Virus record (IMG/VR): IMGVR_UViG_3300037876_000116
Span: 92,520-156,519 of that record
Source of the DNA: a virus
Direction: 5' to 3' (one strand)
Length of the DNA: 64,000 nucleotides
Below, in pieces: positions 18,833 to 26,884 of the stretch. The number at the start of each line of letters is the position of its first letter. Within the stretch, counting starts at the first letter, position 1. The notes beneath the pieces were generated by a model. That model did not search any database. It had not been told where the DNA came from and worked only from the letters and a program-made list of their open reading frames with translations. A program made the position numbers and the translations under genes.

Positions 18833-20017
18833 ATGCTATTTCAAGTACTAGATGATAAAGAAGAATGCCCAACGGTTTATCTTGACGGCAAGATTGTGCG
18901 TGAGCCCGACATGTCTGGCTTAACCAAGACGTGGCAGTGGAAGCCATCACTTGGTGACCTTCCTGTCGAGTGCGCTTATCTTTGGGCAGGAGGCAAGACA
19001 CTTAATGACCTTTGTCCCGAAGAGTTCCAAGAAGAATGGAGCAATCTAAAAAAGAAGTCCGCTGCCTTTAACATTGCTTTTAAAGAAGCTAAAATCCAAA
19101 CAAGAGATGTATGCCGAGACCTTCTTATGCCCGAAAGGTTCTTTAAGGAACTTTGTTTTCTAAAAAATAAGATCTCGGAGCATATCTTTAGCACTTACGA
19201 AAAGCCTTCCAACTATGATTTCCTTTTTGATCTTACTAAGGTCTTGGAGGAAATCAAATCCCAACCTCTTCGCATCGTGCCTTATAGTTTGGATGATAAA
19301 ATGGCTGCATACAAAACCAGGAAGTTTGCTCAAAAACTGCGTTACCTCCAACCCTATATTAATTACGATGTCTTTGGAACAGTCACAGGTCGCCTTACAA
19401 CAAAAAGAAATAGCTTCCCTATTCTTACCCTTGATAAAGACCACAGAGATATTGTCCACCCTAACAATGATGACTTCATCGAACTAGACTTTAATGCAGC
19501 CGAGATCCGCACGTTTTTAGCCCTAGCAGACATCCCACAGCCAAAAGGGGACATTCATGCCTGGATAAATGAAAACGTCTTTAAGGGGCGAAAGACTAGG
19601 GATGAGACGAAAAAGTCTGTTTTTGCTTGGCTATACAATCCAAAAGCATCCAACAAAAAACTTGAACAACTATTTAAAAGAGACGAAGTAATCGCCAAAT
19701 ACTTTGACGGAACGCACGTCAACACTCCTTTCGGTCGTAGGATAGAAACAACCAAGGAGAAGGCATTAAACTACATTATCCAATCAACTTCCTCGGACCT
19801 TTTTTTGCGAAGAATGATTGAGGTTCACAAGAAACTTAAAGGAAAAGAGACAAAGATTGCTTTTTGTATTCACGATTCGCTTGTTTTAGATTATAATAGG
19901 CAAGACAGAAAGATGTTGGAAGAAGTAATCAACATATTTGAAGAAACGGACCTTGGAGATTTTAAAGTAAATGTCTCTACAGGCAAGAACTTCGGCAAGT
20001 TAAGAAAGATTTTATAG
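18833..20017 (+). CDS. Family A DNA polymerase, minimal (polymerase domain only)
   Basis: 394 aa; GTVTGRLT, motif A LDFNAAEIR, motif B RDETKKSVFAWLY, TPFGRR, NYIIQSTSSD, motif C IHDS; no exonuclease motifs. Confidence 0.85.
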   Translation: MLFQVLDDKEECPTVYLDGKIVREPDMSGLTKTWQWKPSLGDLPVECAYLWAGGKTLNDLCPEEFQEEWSNLKKKSAAFNIAFKEAKIQTRDVCRDLLMPERFFKELCFLKNKISEHIFSTYEKPSNYDFLFDLTKVLEEIKSQPLRIVPYSLDDKMAAYKTRKFAQKLRYLQPYINYDVFGTVTGRLTTKRNSFPILTLDKDHRDIVHPNNDDFIELDFNAAEIRTFLALADIPQPKGDIHAWINENVFKGRKTRDETKKSVFAWLYNPKASNKKLEQLFKRDEVIAKYFDGTHVNTPFGRRIETTKEKALNYIIQSTSSDLFLRRMIEVHKKLKGKETKIAFCIHDSLVLDYNRQDRKMLEEVINIFEETDLGDFKVNVSTGKNFGKLRKIL

Positions 20018-20023
20018 GTATAA

Positions 20024-20860
20024 ATGGAAACTATCATAGGATTAGGCAACGCAGGTTGCAACATAACAAAAGTCTTCTCGCAATATCCTCAGTACAACTG
20101 TTATTACATCGATTCAGAGGCAAGGAAAGAAGAAAACTTCCTAAAGATACCCAAGAGGACCTCTCACGAGAAGTACGAAAGCTCATTTCCAACAAGGAAA
20201 GCAGAAGAGTTCCTTAAGAAAGTAAAAAAACCTACTCTTTTAGTGATTGGTGGCTCTGGAACCATTTCTGGTTGTTCCTTACGTCTATTAGAGCTTTTGA
20301 AAAAGAAAAAGCCCCACGTTCTTTATATCAAACCAGACTTAACTACCTTGTCTGCGGATAGAAAGCTACAAGAAAGATCAGTATATGGTATTTTACAGCA
20401 ATACGCTCGTTCTGCCCTCTTAGAACGCATGTTCGTTGTAGACAATACAAAGTTAGAAGAGGTCTTGGGTGATGTTCCTATCATGAACTACTACAATAGC
20501 TTAAACCGTTTGCTCGTGTCTACAATACACATGACAAATATTTATTCTAACACAAAGCCCCTAGAAACTAACTTCTTTGGACTTCACCCAACAAGCCGCA
20601 TAGCAACATTTGGTATGCTAGACCTTGAAACATCGCAAGAAAACCTTTTCTTTGATCTGGAGAACCCAAGAGATAAGACAATCTTCTATGCGATTAATGA
20701 AGAAAGCTTGGAGAAAGACGGCAGCCTTTTCAAAAAGATTAAGCAACAAGTAAATCAGTTTTCGGACGAAAATACAAACGTTTCTTACAAAATCTTCTCT
20801 ACAAATTACGATGATGATTATGTTTATTCGTTGTCTTACGCCTCTTTTGTACAAAAATAA
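20024..20860 (+). CDS. Tubulin/FtsZ-family GTPase (PhuZ-like)
   Basis: 278 aa; IIGLGNAGCNI, divergent signature GGSGTISG, VVDN. Confidence 0.75.
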   Translation: METIIGLGNAGCNITKVFSQYPQYNCYYIDSEARKEENFLKIPKRTSHEKYESSFPTRKAEEFLKKVKKPTLLVIGGSGTISGCSLRLLELLKKKKPHVLYIKPDLTTLSADRKLQERSVYGILQQYARSALLERMFVVDNTKLEEVLGDVPIMNYYNSLNRLLVSTIHMTNIYSNTKPLETNFFGLHPTSRIATFGMLDLETSQENLFFDLENPRDKTIFYAINEESLEKDGSLFKKIKQQVNQFSDENTNVSYKIFSTNYDDDYVYSLSYASFVQK

Positions 20861-20869
20861 ACTTTTTGC

Positions 20870-20897
20870 TTGAATCTTAGATAGCTGCGCTTATAAT
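20870..20897 (+). promoter_or_regulatory. Sigma70-like early/middle promoter TTGAAT-16-TATAAC
   Basis: One of 10 copies with an identical 16-nt spacer. Confidence 0.65.
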
Positions 20898-21000
20898 ACT
20901 ATTGTGTTTTTGATACACGATAGAAAATCATACGAAGAGTATAGAGGTTCAACCTTATTTTTAGTAGAATTTTTAAATAATTTTTTTAGGAGATAATAAT

Positions 21001-21726
21001 ATGGCTTTAGATATGAAAAAAATGAAAGCAAAGTACACTACTTTGCAAAATCGCGGTCGCGGTAACAATAAGAGTATGTGGTTCCGTCCGCAAGACGGAG
21101 AACAAGTTATTCGCATTGTTCCTACTGCCGATGGAGATCCGTTTAAGGAGTTTTGGCTCCACTACGGTGTTGGAAAGAACCCTGCTTTCCTTAGCTTGAA
21201 GCGTAACTATGGGCAGGATGACCCTATTGATAATTTTGTTCGCGCTCTTTATAATGAGGGTGACGAAGAAAGCATCAAGATGGCTAAAAGTATTTCTGCA
21301 AAGCAACGCTTTTTCTCACCTGTTCTTGTTCGAGGAGAGGAAGAAAAAGGTGTGCGTATCTGGGGATACGGCAAGATGGTATACGAGCAACTGCTCAATC
21401 TTGTTCTTAACCCTGAGTACGGGGACATTACTGATGTAGAATCAGGTACTGACCTCACACTTCAGTATGGCAAGCCTGCGGGAGCACAGTTTCCAGTTAC
21501 TAACTTGACTCCTCGTCGCAAGTCTTCTGGTTTGTCGAAGGATACAGATACTACAACAGGGCTTTTAGAGTCCATCCCGTCCATCGAAGAATCCTTCGAC
21601 AAGAAGAGCTTTGATGAAATGCAAACTATTCTAGATAACTTTATGAATGTTGCAGATGATTCGGCTGGCACCAGCCAGTATGGCGGTAACGCTATTGATG
21701 ACGCTCTTTCAGATTTAGATAGCTAG
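21001..21726 (+). CDS. Single-stranded DNA-binding protein (T4 gp32-like)
   Basis: 241 aa; WFRP..GEQVIRIVP, DPFKEFWLHY, YGDITD..SGTDLTL, acidic C-terminal tail. Confidence 0.8.
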   Translation: MALDMKKMKAKYTTLQNRGRGNNKSMWFRPQDGEQVIRIVPTADGDPFKEFWLHYGVGKNPAFLSLKRNYGQDDPIDNFVRALYNEGDEESIKMAKSISAKQRFFSPVLVRGEEEKGVRIWGYGKMVYEQLLNLVLNPEYGDITDVESGTDLTLQYGKPAGAQFPVTNLTPRRKSSGLSKDTDTTTGLLESIPSIEESFDKKSFDEMQTILDNFMNVADDSAGTSQYGGNAIDDALSDLDS

Positions 21727-21733
21727 ACTGTCT

Positions 21734-21767
21734 GTCCGCAGGGAGGCACGGGGTTACAGGTGTCTCA
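21734..21767 (+). repeat. Intergenic repeat copy 1 (candidate pseudoknot RNA element)
   Basis: GTCCGCAGGGAGGCACGGGGTTACAGGTGTCTCA. Confidence 0.85.
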
Positions 21768-21842
21768 ACATTTATGGTAACATTAATGTTCAATTTATCT
21801 AAACATAGATCGATTGAATAATTCACACACAAGGAGATAATA

Positions 21843-23084
21843 ATGTTTGAAAGATTAACAATGAAACAGTTTTTTTCGCAATATGCACCAGATAAGCATC
21901 GAACAGTAGCACCTGCTCAAATCCAAAGGATGCCCTGTTGGCTTGATAAAAATAAGCGCGAATATTTAAAATCATTCGCCGCAAATCGAGCCGAGCTATC
22001 ATCTTTTATTTTAGCAGATACTAGAAAGTCCAGAGATTTCTGCATTAACGAAGGAAGACCTGAAGACGCACGTTGGTTTGATAGTTTTCTTCAACAAGGT
22101 ATAGAGTTTTTGATTTTAGATGGACAAAATCGCATTGTAGCTTTGACCGAATTTATGAATAATAAGTTCAGTTTAACTGGAGATTTTATCGACCAGGATG
22201 GCAATCCCTGCACAATAGAAAACACGTATTTTAAAGACTTACCACCTCGATTGAAAGATAAGTTTTATACAGATTCAAAAATTTCTATTGCAACTGTAAA
22301 AGAAGCTACAAAACTAGACCTGCTAGAAATTTTCTTAGGCTATAATGAGGGAGTTCCTCTTAATGATATGCAAAAGCGCGATGCTACTTTCGGAGCAATT
22401 GGAACGTGGGTACACGATCTAACGGACCAATACGAAAATACTATTAGGCGTTTTGTCAAAGACGAAAACATGAAAGCTTCGGAAAGTTTACAATTTATTT
22501 GTAATGCATCAATGCACCTTATGCAGGAGTATAATGGATTTGAAGACAGTTTTAAGACTTTCACCAAAAAAACAATGGACAAATGGTATAATATTGGCTT
22601 TGATTATTATGATATTCATGATATGAATTCTCCATACCTGCCAGAGCAGCTAGAGAGAGTTGAAAATATTTTAAAAGATGTTTTTAATGTGATTGAAAAA
22701 CAAAAAATCACTCTATCTCGCGATGGAAAATTGTCTACACGCATGGTCTGGGCTGTATTGATGACTTGCGAATGGCTGTACGATGAAGGTTATGTTTATC
22801 AAGACGCAGCAGAGTTTTACAATCAGCTATATAATATCGACAAAAACCTTAGAGAAGATTCAGAGGTGCAATATGGAAAAGATCTAGAGAAGTATCGTAT
22901 TTCTGTGATTAAGGGTCAAACTGACTTAACTGAGCCAAAGGTAAATCAATACTATTCTCATATAGCCAATGTCCACAAGCAGCGAGTCACTAGGGCAAAC
23001 CGTTTCAAAATGTTGCTTGAAGAGATTTTAGAAAATTCTCGCCAACTCACAATACGAAAAAATGTTGTAAAACACGCAGCTTAA
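21843..23084 (+). CDS. DUF262 (ParB/Srx-like, GmrSD N-terminal) domain protein
   Basis: 413 aa; IQRMPCW and ILDGQNR motifs, IF..YNEGVPLN. Confidence 0.7.
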   Translation: MFERLTMKQFFSQYAPDKHRTVAPAQIQRMPCWLDKNKREYLKSFAANRAELSSFILADTRKSRDFCINEGRPEDARWFDSFLQQGIEFLILDGQNRIVALTEFMNNKFSLTGDFIDQDGNPCTIENTYFKDLPPRLKDKFYTDSKISIATVKEATKLDLLEIFLGYNEGVPLNDMQKRDATFGAIGTWVHDLTDQYENTIRRFVKDENMKASESLQFICNASMHLMQEYNGFEDSFKTFTKKTMDKWYNIGFDYYDIHDMNSPYLPEQLERVENILKDVFNVIEKQKITLSRDGKLSTRMVWAVLMTCEWLYDEGYVYQDAAEFYNQLYNIDKNLREDSEVQYGKDLEKYRISVIKGQTDLTEPKVNQYYSHIANVHKQRVTRANRFKMLLEEILENSRQLTIRKNVVKHAA

Positions 23085-23089
23085 TTTAA

Positions 23090-23123
23090 AACCGCAGGGA
23101 GGCACGGGTTAATAGGTGCCTCA
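23090..23123 (+). repeat. Intergenic repeat copy 2
   Basis: AACCGCAGGGAGGCACGGGTTAATAGGTGCCTCA. Confidence 0.9.
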
Positions 23124-23149
23124 TTTCACAATAAAAAAAAGGAACAAAA

Positions 23150-23347
23150 ATGAATAACGATACAAGTACACCAGACACACTTACTAATATGATTACCCTT
23201 CTAGAAGAAGTGCGAACGGATTATAATAAGTTTTATGTTGATGGAAATGCATCCGCAGGCACCCGAGTCCGCAAGGCAATGCAGCAGATCAAGACCGATG
23301 CTCATTCTGTACGTACTCATGTGCAGTCAACAAAGAACGGCGGCTAG
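23150..23347 (+). CDS. Histone H1-like (Hc1 N-terminal-type) small protein
   Basis: 65 aa; KFYVDGNASAGTRVRKAM matches the GNxxAGTRxRK motif. Confidence 0.7.
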   Translation: MNNDTSTPDTLTNMITLLEEVRTDYNKFYVDGNASAGTRVRKAMQQIKTDAHSVRTHVQSTKNGG

Positions 23348-23365
23348 CTCTTCAGTTAGTCGAAC

Positions 23366-23398
23366 ACCGCAGGGAGGCACGGGTTAATAGGTGCCTCA
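23366..23398 (+). repeat. Intergenic repeat copy 3
   Basis: ACCGCAGGGAGGCACGGGTTAATAGGTGCCTCA, identical to copy 2. Confidence 0.9.
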
Positions 23399-23426
23399 TT
23401 TTTTCACACACACACAAGGAAAAGAC

Positions 23427-23909
23427 ATGACTTTAAAAGAAAACCTAACTAAACTAAACTTAGAAGATACTTCTGTTGTTACCTTCACCTTCGAAGAAGG
23501 CACAGATGTTTTTCATTTTAATGAGACACATGTAGACACTGCACTCGAAGAAACCACAGTAGTGGATAAACTCGCGGAAGCGATTACTGCTGGTTTGGAA
23601 GTGGCTACAGAATACGGACACAACCCTCTTAATCAGCTTCGAGATTCTGAGCTTTTAAAAGGTTATGTACGTGGCACAGGAGAATTTACAGAGTTTGTAA
23701 GCTCTGTTATTAAAGAAAACTTCTGGGATGCAGATCTTGTTTCAGAAAGTACTGAACATTATGATCACAAACGAGGTTTTACAACGCTTTCTACAACCTT
23801 AACCGCGCCAGCCAAAGAAGTTCTTAGCAACTCTGCTTATGGAACTACATTCTCTGGATGGACAGCACAAGTTAATGTTAACGGCGGCACATTCTCGTTT
23901 ACTGTTTAA
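23427..23909 (+). CDS. Hypothetical protein
   Basis: 160 aa from the ATG at 23427 after SD AAGGA; the track's GTG start lies inside the repeat. Confidence 0.7.
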   Translation: MTLKENLTKLNLEDTSVVTFTFEEGTDVFHFNETHVDTALEETTVVDKLAEAITAGLEVATEYGHNPLNQLRDSELLKGYVRGTGEFTEFVSSVIKENFWDADLVSESTEHYDHKRGFTTLSTTLTAPAKEVLSNSAYGTTFSGWTAQVNVNGGTFSFTV

Positions 23910-23915
23910 ATAAAA

Positions 23916-23950
23916 ACCCGCAGGTAGGCACGGGGTATACAGATGCCTTA
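23916..23950 (+). repeat. Intergenic repeat copy 4 (divergent)
   Basis: ACCCGCAGGTAGGCACGGGGTATACAGATGCCTTA. Confidence 0.8.
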
Positions 23951-23974
23951 CTTTCACACACAAGGAACAAAACA

Positions 23975-24406
23975 ATGAGCACAGTTGAAAAAGGTACAAA
24001 AATTAAGATTCACTATAAAGGAACGCTTGAAGACGGAACAGAGTTTGATAACTCTAAAGCTAGAGGTTCTACCCTTGACTTTGAGGTTGGGGCAGGTCTA
24101 ATGATTCAAGGGTTTGATAACAATGTCCTTGGAATGGGCGAGGGAGAAGTAAGAACTTTCACTTTAGCCCCAGAAGAAGCGTATGGTCCAATCATTGAAG
24201 AGGCTTACCGCCTTTTTCCAAAAGAAGCATTTGGCGATAATAGTATCGAAATCGATTCCGTTGTAGAAGGTCACAATGGACAAGGGCAACCTATGATGGC
24301 TAGAATTGCAGATATTTCTGATGAAGGAGTGCTCCTCGATCTTAATCATCCTCTAGCAGGTAAAGATCTAACATTCGAAGTAGAACTTATTGAAATCGAA
24401 GAATAA
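23975..24406 (+). CDS. FKBP-type peptidyl-prolyl isomerase (SlyD/FkpB-like)
   Basis: 143 aa; HYKGTLEDGTEFDNS, PEEAYG, DLNHPLAGKDLTFEVE. Confidence 0.92.
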   Translation: MSTVEKGTKIKIHYKGTLEDGTEFDNSKARGSTLDFEVGAGLMIQGFDNNVLGMGEGEVRTFTLAPEEAYGPIIEEAYRLFPKEAFGDNSIEIDSVVEGHNGQGQPMMARIADISDEGVLLDLNHPLAGKDLTFEVELIEIEE

Positions 24407-24417
24407 AGGAGGATTAC

Positions 24418-25512
24418 ATGTCAGTAGGTAAAATGTCGCCAGACGACATAAGAAAACTTTTAAATAAAACTGCTGGACAGCAAATCTCCCACAATCTTAA
24501 TAAAGATAACCCTACAAATGTAAAAGAATGGATTCCAACTGGCTCGCGCTGGTTGGATTCCATTACTTGTAGAGGGAAACTTGCCGGTATTCCAGTGGGA
24601 AAAGTAACAGAGATTGCTGGTTTAGAATCAACTGGTAAGTCTTATATGGCTGCTCAGATAGCCGCCAATGCCCAAAAGATGGGTATACAAGTAGTGTACT
24701 TTGATTCTGAATCAGCCCTAGACTCATCTTTTCTTGAGAGGACCGGATGCAATGTAGATGATATTATCTACACTCAGGCAATCTCAGTTGAGAAAGTTTT
24801 AGAAATGATTGAAATGTTGATGATAAACAATGAAGGAAAGATGTTGTTTATTTGGGATTCGTTAGCTCTTACTCCGACAGAGAAGACTATTGAAGGCGAC
24901 TTCAATCCTCAGTCTTCTATGGCGGTGAAGGCACGAGTTCTTTCAAAAGGAATGCAAAAACTTACCGTTCCCATTGCAAACACTCAAAGTACAATGCTTG
25001 TTTTAAATCAGTTGAAAACTAACATTACACGCAATGTTGCAGAGACTCTAACCACACCCTATGTAACACCAGGCGGCAAGACACTTCCATATACTTACTC
25101 TTTGCGAGTGTGGCTCACATCCAGAAAAGCTAAGAACTCTTTCGTCACAGATGACAAAGGATTTAGGATAGGGTCAGAAGTTAAATGCACTTTAAAGAAA
25201 AGTCGCTTTGGAACACAAGGTCGTCAATGCACCTTTAAGATTCTATGGGGCGATAAGATTGGTATCCAAGATGAAGAAAGTTGGTTTGAAGCGGTTAAGG
25301 GAGCATCACAGATTGAATCTAAAGGTGCTTGGTATACTCTAACTCATAAAGACGGCAAGACTGAGAAGTTTCAAGCAGCCAAATGGATGGATAAACTTAA
25401 AAGTGAAAAGTTTAAAAACCGCATCGTGGAAATCATGGATGAAGAGGTTATAATGAAGTTTGACACCAGAGAAGGTAATGCATCAGATTTTTACGAAATA
25501 GACGAAGAATAA
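24418..25512 (+). CDS. recA: RecA/UvsX-like recombinase
   Basis: Walker A GLESTGKS, YFDSE, Walker B FIWDS, VLNQ, TPGGKTLPY. Confidence 0.88.
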   Translation: MSVGKMSPDDIRKLLNKTAGQQISHNLNKDNPTNVKEWIPTGSRWLDSITCRGKLAGIPVGKVTEIAGLESTGKSYMAAQIAANAQKMGIQVVYFDSESALDSSFLERTGCNVDDIIYTQAISVEKVLEMIEMLMINNEGKMLFIWDSLALTPTEKTIEGDFNPQSSMAVKARVLSKGMQKLTVPIANTQSTMLVLNQLKTNITRNVAETLTTPYVTPGGKTLPYTYSLRVWLTSRKAKNSFVTDDKGFRIGSEVKCTLKKSRFGTQGRQCTFKILWGDKIGIQDEESWFEAVKGASQIESKGAWYTLTHKDGKTEKFQAAKWMDKLKSEKFKNRIVEIMDEEVIMKFDTREGNASDFYEIDEE

Positions 25513-25520
25513 ACTATTTA
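25513..25520 (+). promoter_or_regulatory. Putative late motif ACTATTTA (leaderless position)
   Basis: 5 nt before the ATG at 25526. Confidence 0.5.
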
Positions 25521-25525
25521 TACTT

Positions 25526-25858
25526 ATGGATCATATCGTAGAAAAAGTGTATAGACGAATAGTAGAAGCCGTCGTTGCAGATGAAAAAGATCTTTTAAAG
25601 CTGAATGCTCAAATTATTATCAGCACCAACTACCAGATCTCCGACATTCTAACTACTATTCGTGCCTTCTCCGGCGTTGTTATTGTATCACCAGGAGGAG
25701 ATTCTAGAAAAATGGGAGAGCTTAAAGAAAAGTCAACTCTCAAGATGAAGATCTTACCTCCTTCTGATTTAAAAACGTACATCGAGGCGCTAAGAGAGAA
25801 GATTAACTCTATACCAGGAATTCTTTCTTTCAAAATGCGCCCAGCACGCAAAGAATAA
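25526..25858 (+). CDS. Hypothetical protein (ACT/ferredoxin-like fold possible)
   Basis: 110 aa; beta-alpha-beta-beta-alpha-beta-like pattern. Confidence 0.6.
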   Translation: MDHIVEKVYRRIVEAVVADEKDLLKLNAQIIISTNYQISDILTTIRAFSGVVIVSPGGDSRKMGELKEKSTLKMKILPPSDLKTYIEALREKINSIPGILSFKMRPARKE

Positions 25859-25873
25859 AAAAAAGAGGTAAAA

Positions 25874-26857
25874 ATGTCTGATAAACGAGTGATTGTTCTC
25901 GATATGAACAACTTGTTCTTACGGTCGTATATTATGGACCCGACCCTTTCGTTAAATGGAGCAGAGATTGGAGGCATACGAGGTTTTTTTCGTTCCCTTC
26001 AAAAGATTTGTAGAGAGTTGAACCCAACAAAAATTGTTGCTTGTTGGGATGGCGAAGGCGGTTCGCAAAAGCGCCGCAAGATATCGAAAGAGTATAAAGA
26101 AGGTCGCAAGCCTTTAAAGCTCAATCGCTCTCTTAGCGTTCTAACAGAAGAACAGAAAAAGAAAAACCAAATGTGGCAAAACATGAGGGTAATGGAGTAT
26201 CTTAATGAAACTCCCATCATCCAGTTTGGTTTTCCTGGCGTCGAAGCTGACGATGTTATCTCCAATGTAGTCCAGTCAAACAACTTGGCTGATTACAAGA
26301 AGATTATCGTTTCAGCCGATAAAGACTTTTGGCAGCTTGTAACCGATGATACGATTGTTTATCGCCCCATCGGCTCAGAGTTTGTTACAAAAGAGTTTGT
26401 CTTAGAGAAGGAAGGTATTCATCCTACTAACTTTGTTTTAGCACGAGCAATCGCAGGAGACAAAAGCGACAACCTTCCAGGTGTCCCAGGCGCAGGTCTA
26501 CCTACAATCGCCAAAAGAATACCTTTCTTGAAAGAAGAGAAAGAATGTTCCATTATAGAGATTCTAGATTATGCAGAGAAAATGTGCAATGAATCTAAGG
26601 TTAAGTTCTATCCAAAAATAATAGAAAACAACAAGCTCATCTTGAAAAACTACAAAATGATGCAGCTTAAAGCGCCTATGTTAAGTGCTCAAACGGCGAT
26701 AGCTATTCGTCGCACTTTACAGGAGGCAGAATACAAGTTTAATAGAACAAATTTTAGAACACATATGGTCAAAGATGGCTTTAATATGGAGAAGAATAAC
26801 TTTTCTGAACTTTTTGCTTTCTTTAACAACATCTGCCTTGAAAATAAGATTATATAG
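25874..26857 (+). CDS. 5'-3' exonuclease / flap endonuclease (T4 RNase H or PolI N-domain-like)
   Basis: LDMNNLF, WDGEGGSQKRR, YKEGR, EADDVI, SADKDFWQL, GDKSDNLPGV. Confidence 0.92.
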   Translation: MSDKRVIVLDMNNLFLRSYIMDPTLSLNGAEIGGIRGFFRSLQKICRELNPTKIVACWDGEGGSQKRRKISKEYKEGRKPLKLNRSLSVLTEEQKKKNQMWQNMRVMEYLNETPIIQFGFPGVEADDVISNVVQSNNLADYKKIIVSADKDFWQLVTDDTIVYRPIGSEFVTKEFVLEKEGIHPTNFVLARAIAGDKSDNLPGVPGAGLPTIAKRIPFLKEEKECSIIEILDYAEKMCNESKVKFYPKIIENNKLILKNYKMMQLKAPMLSAQTAIAIRRTLQEAEYKFNRTNFRTHMVKDGFNMEKNNFSELFAFFNNICLENKII

Positions 26858-26865
26858 ATTATAAT
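26838..26865 (+). promoter_or_regulatory. Promoter TTGAAA-16-TATAAT
   Basis: Recurrent promoter architecture. Confidence 0.7.
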
Positions 26866-26884
26866 ATAAGGACGGAGGAAAAGA

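Noticed and set aside
20024-20860. Claim of a nucleus-forming phage
   Set aside because: Tubulin alone is not sufficient evidence. No chimallin or multisubunit phage RNAP is recognisable in this window.
21734-23950. CRISPR array interpretation of the 4-copy repeat
   Set aside because: The copies are separated by whole genes of 0.2-1.3 kb, not by uniform spacers, and there are no cas genes.
21724-23950. Stop-codon readthrough stimulated by the pseudoknot-like repeat
   Set aside because: For the three copies checked (1-3), reading through the upstream stop hits another in-frame stop within 4-23 codons and does not fuse to the next gene.
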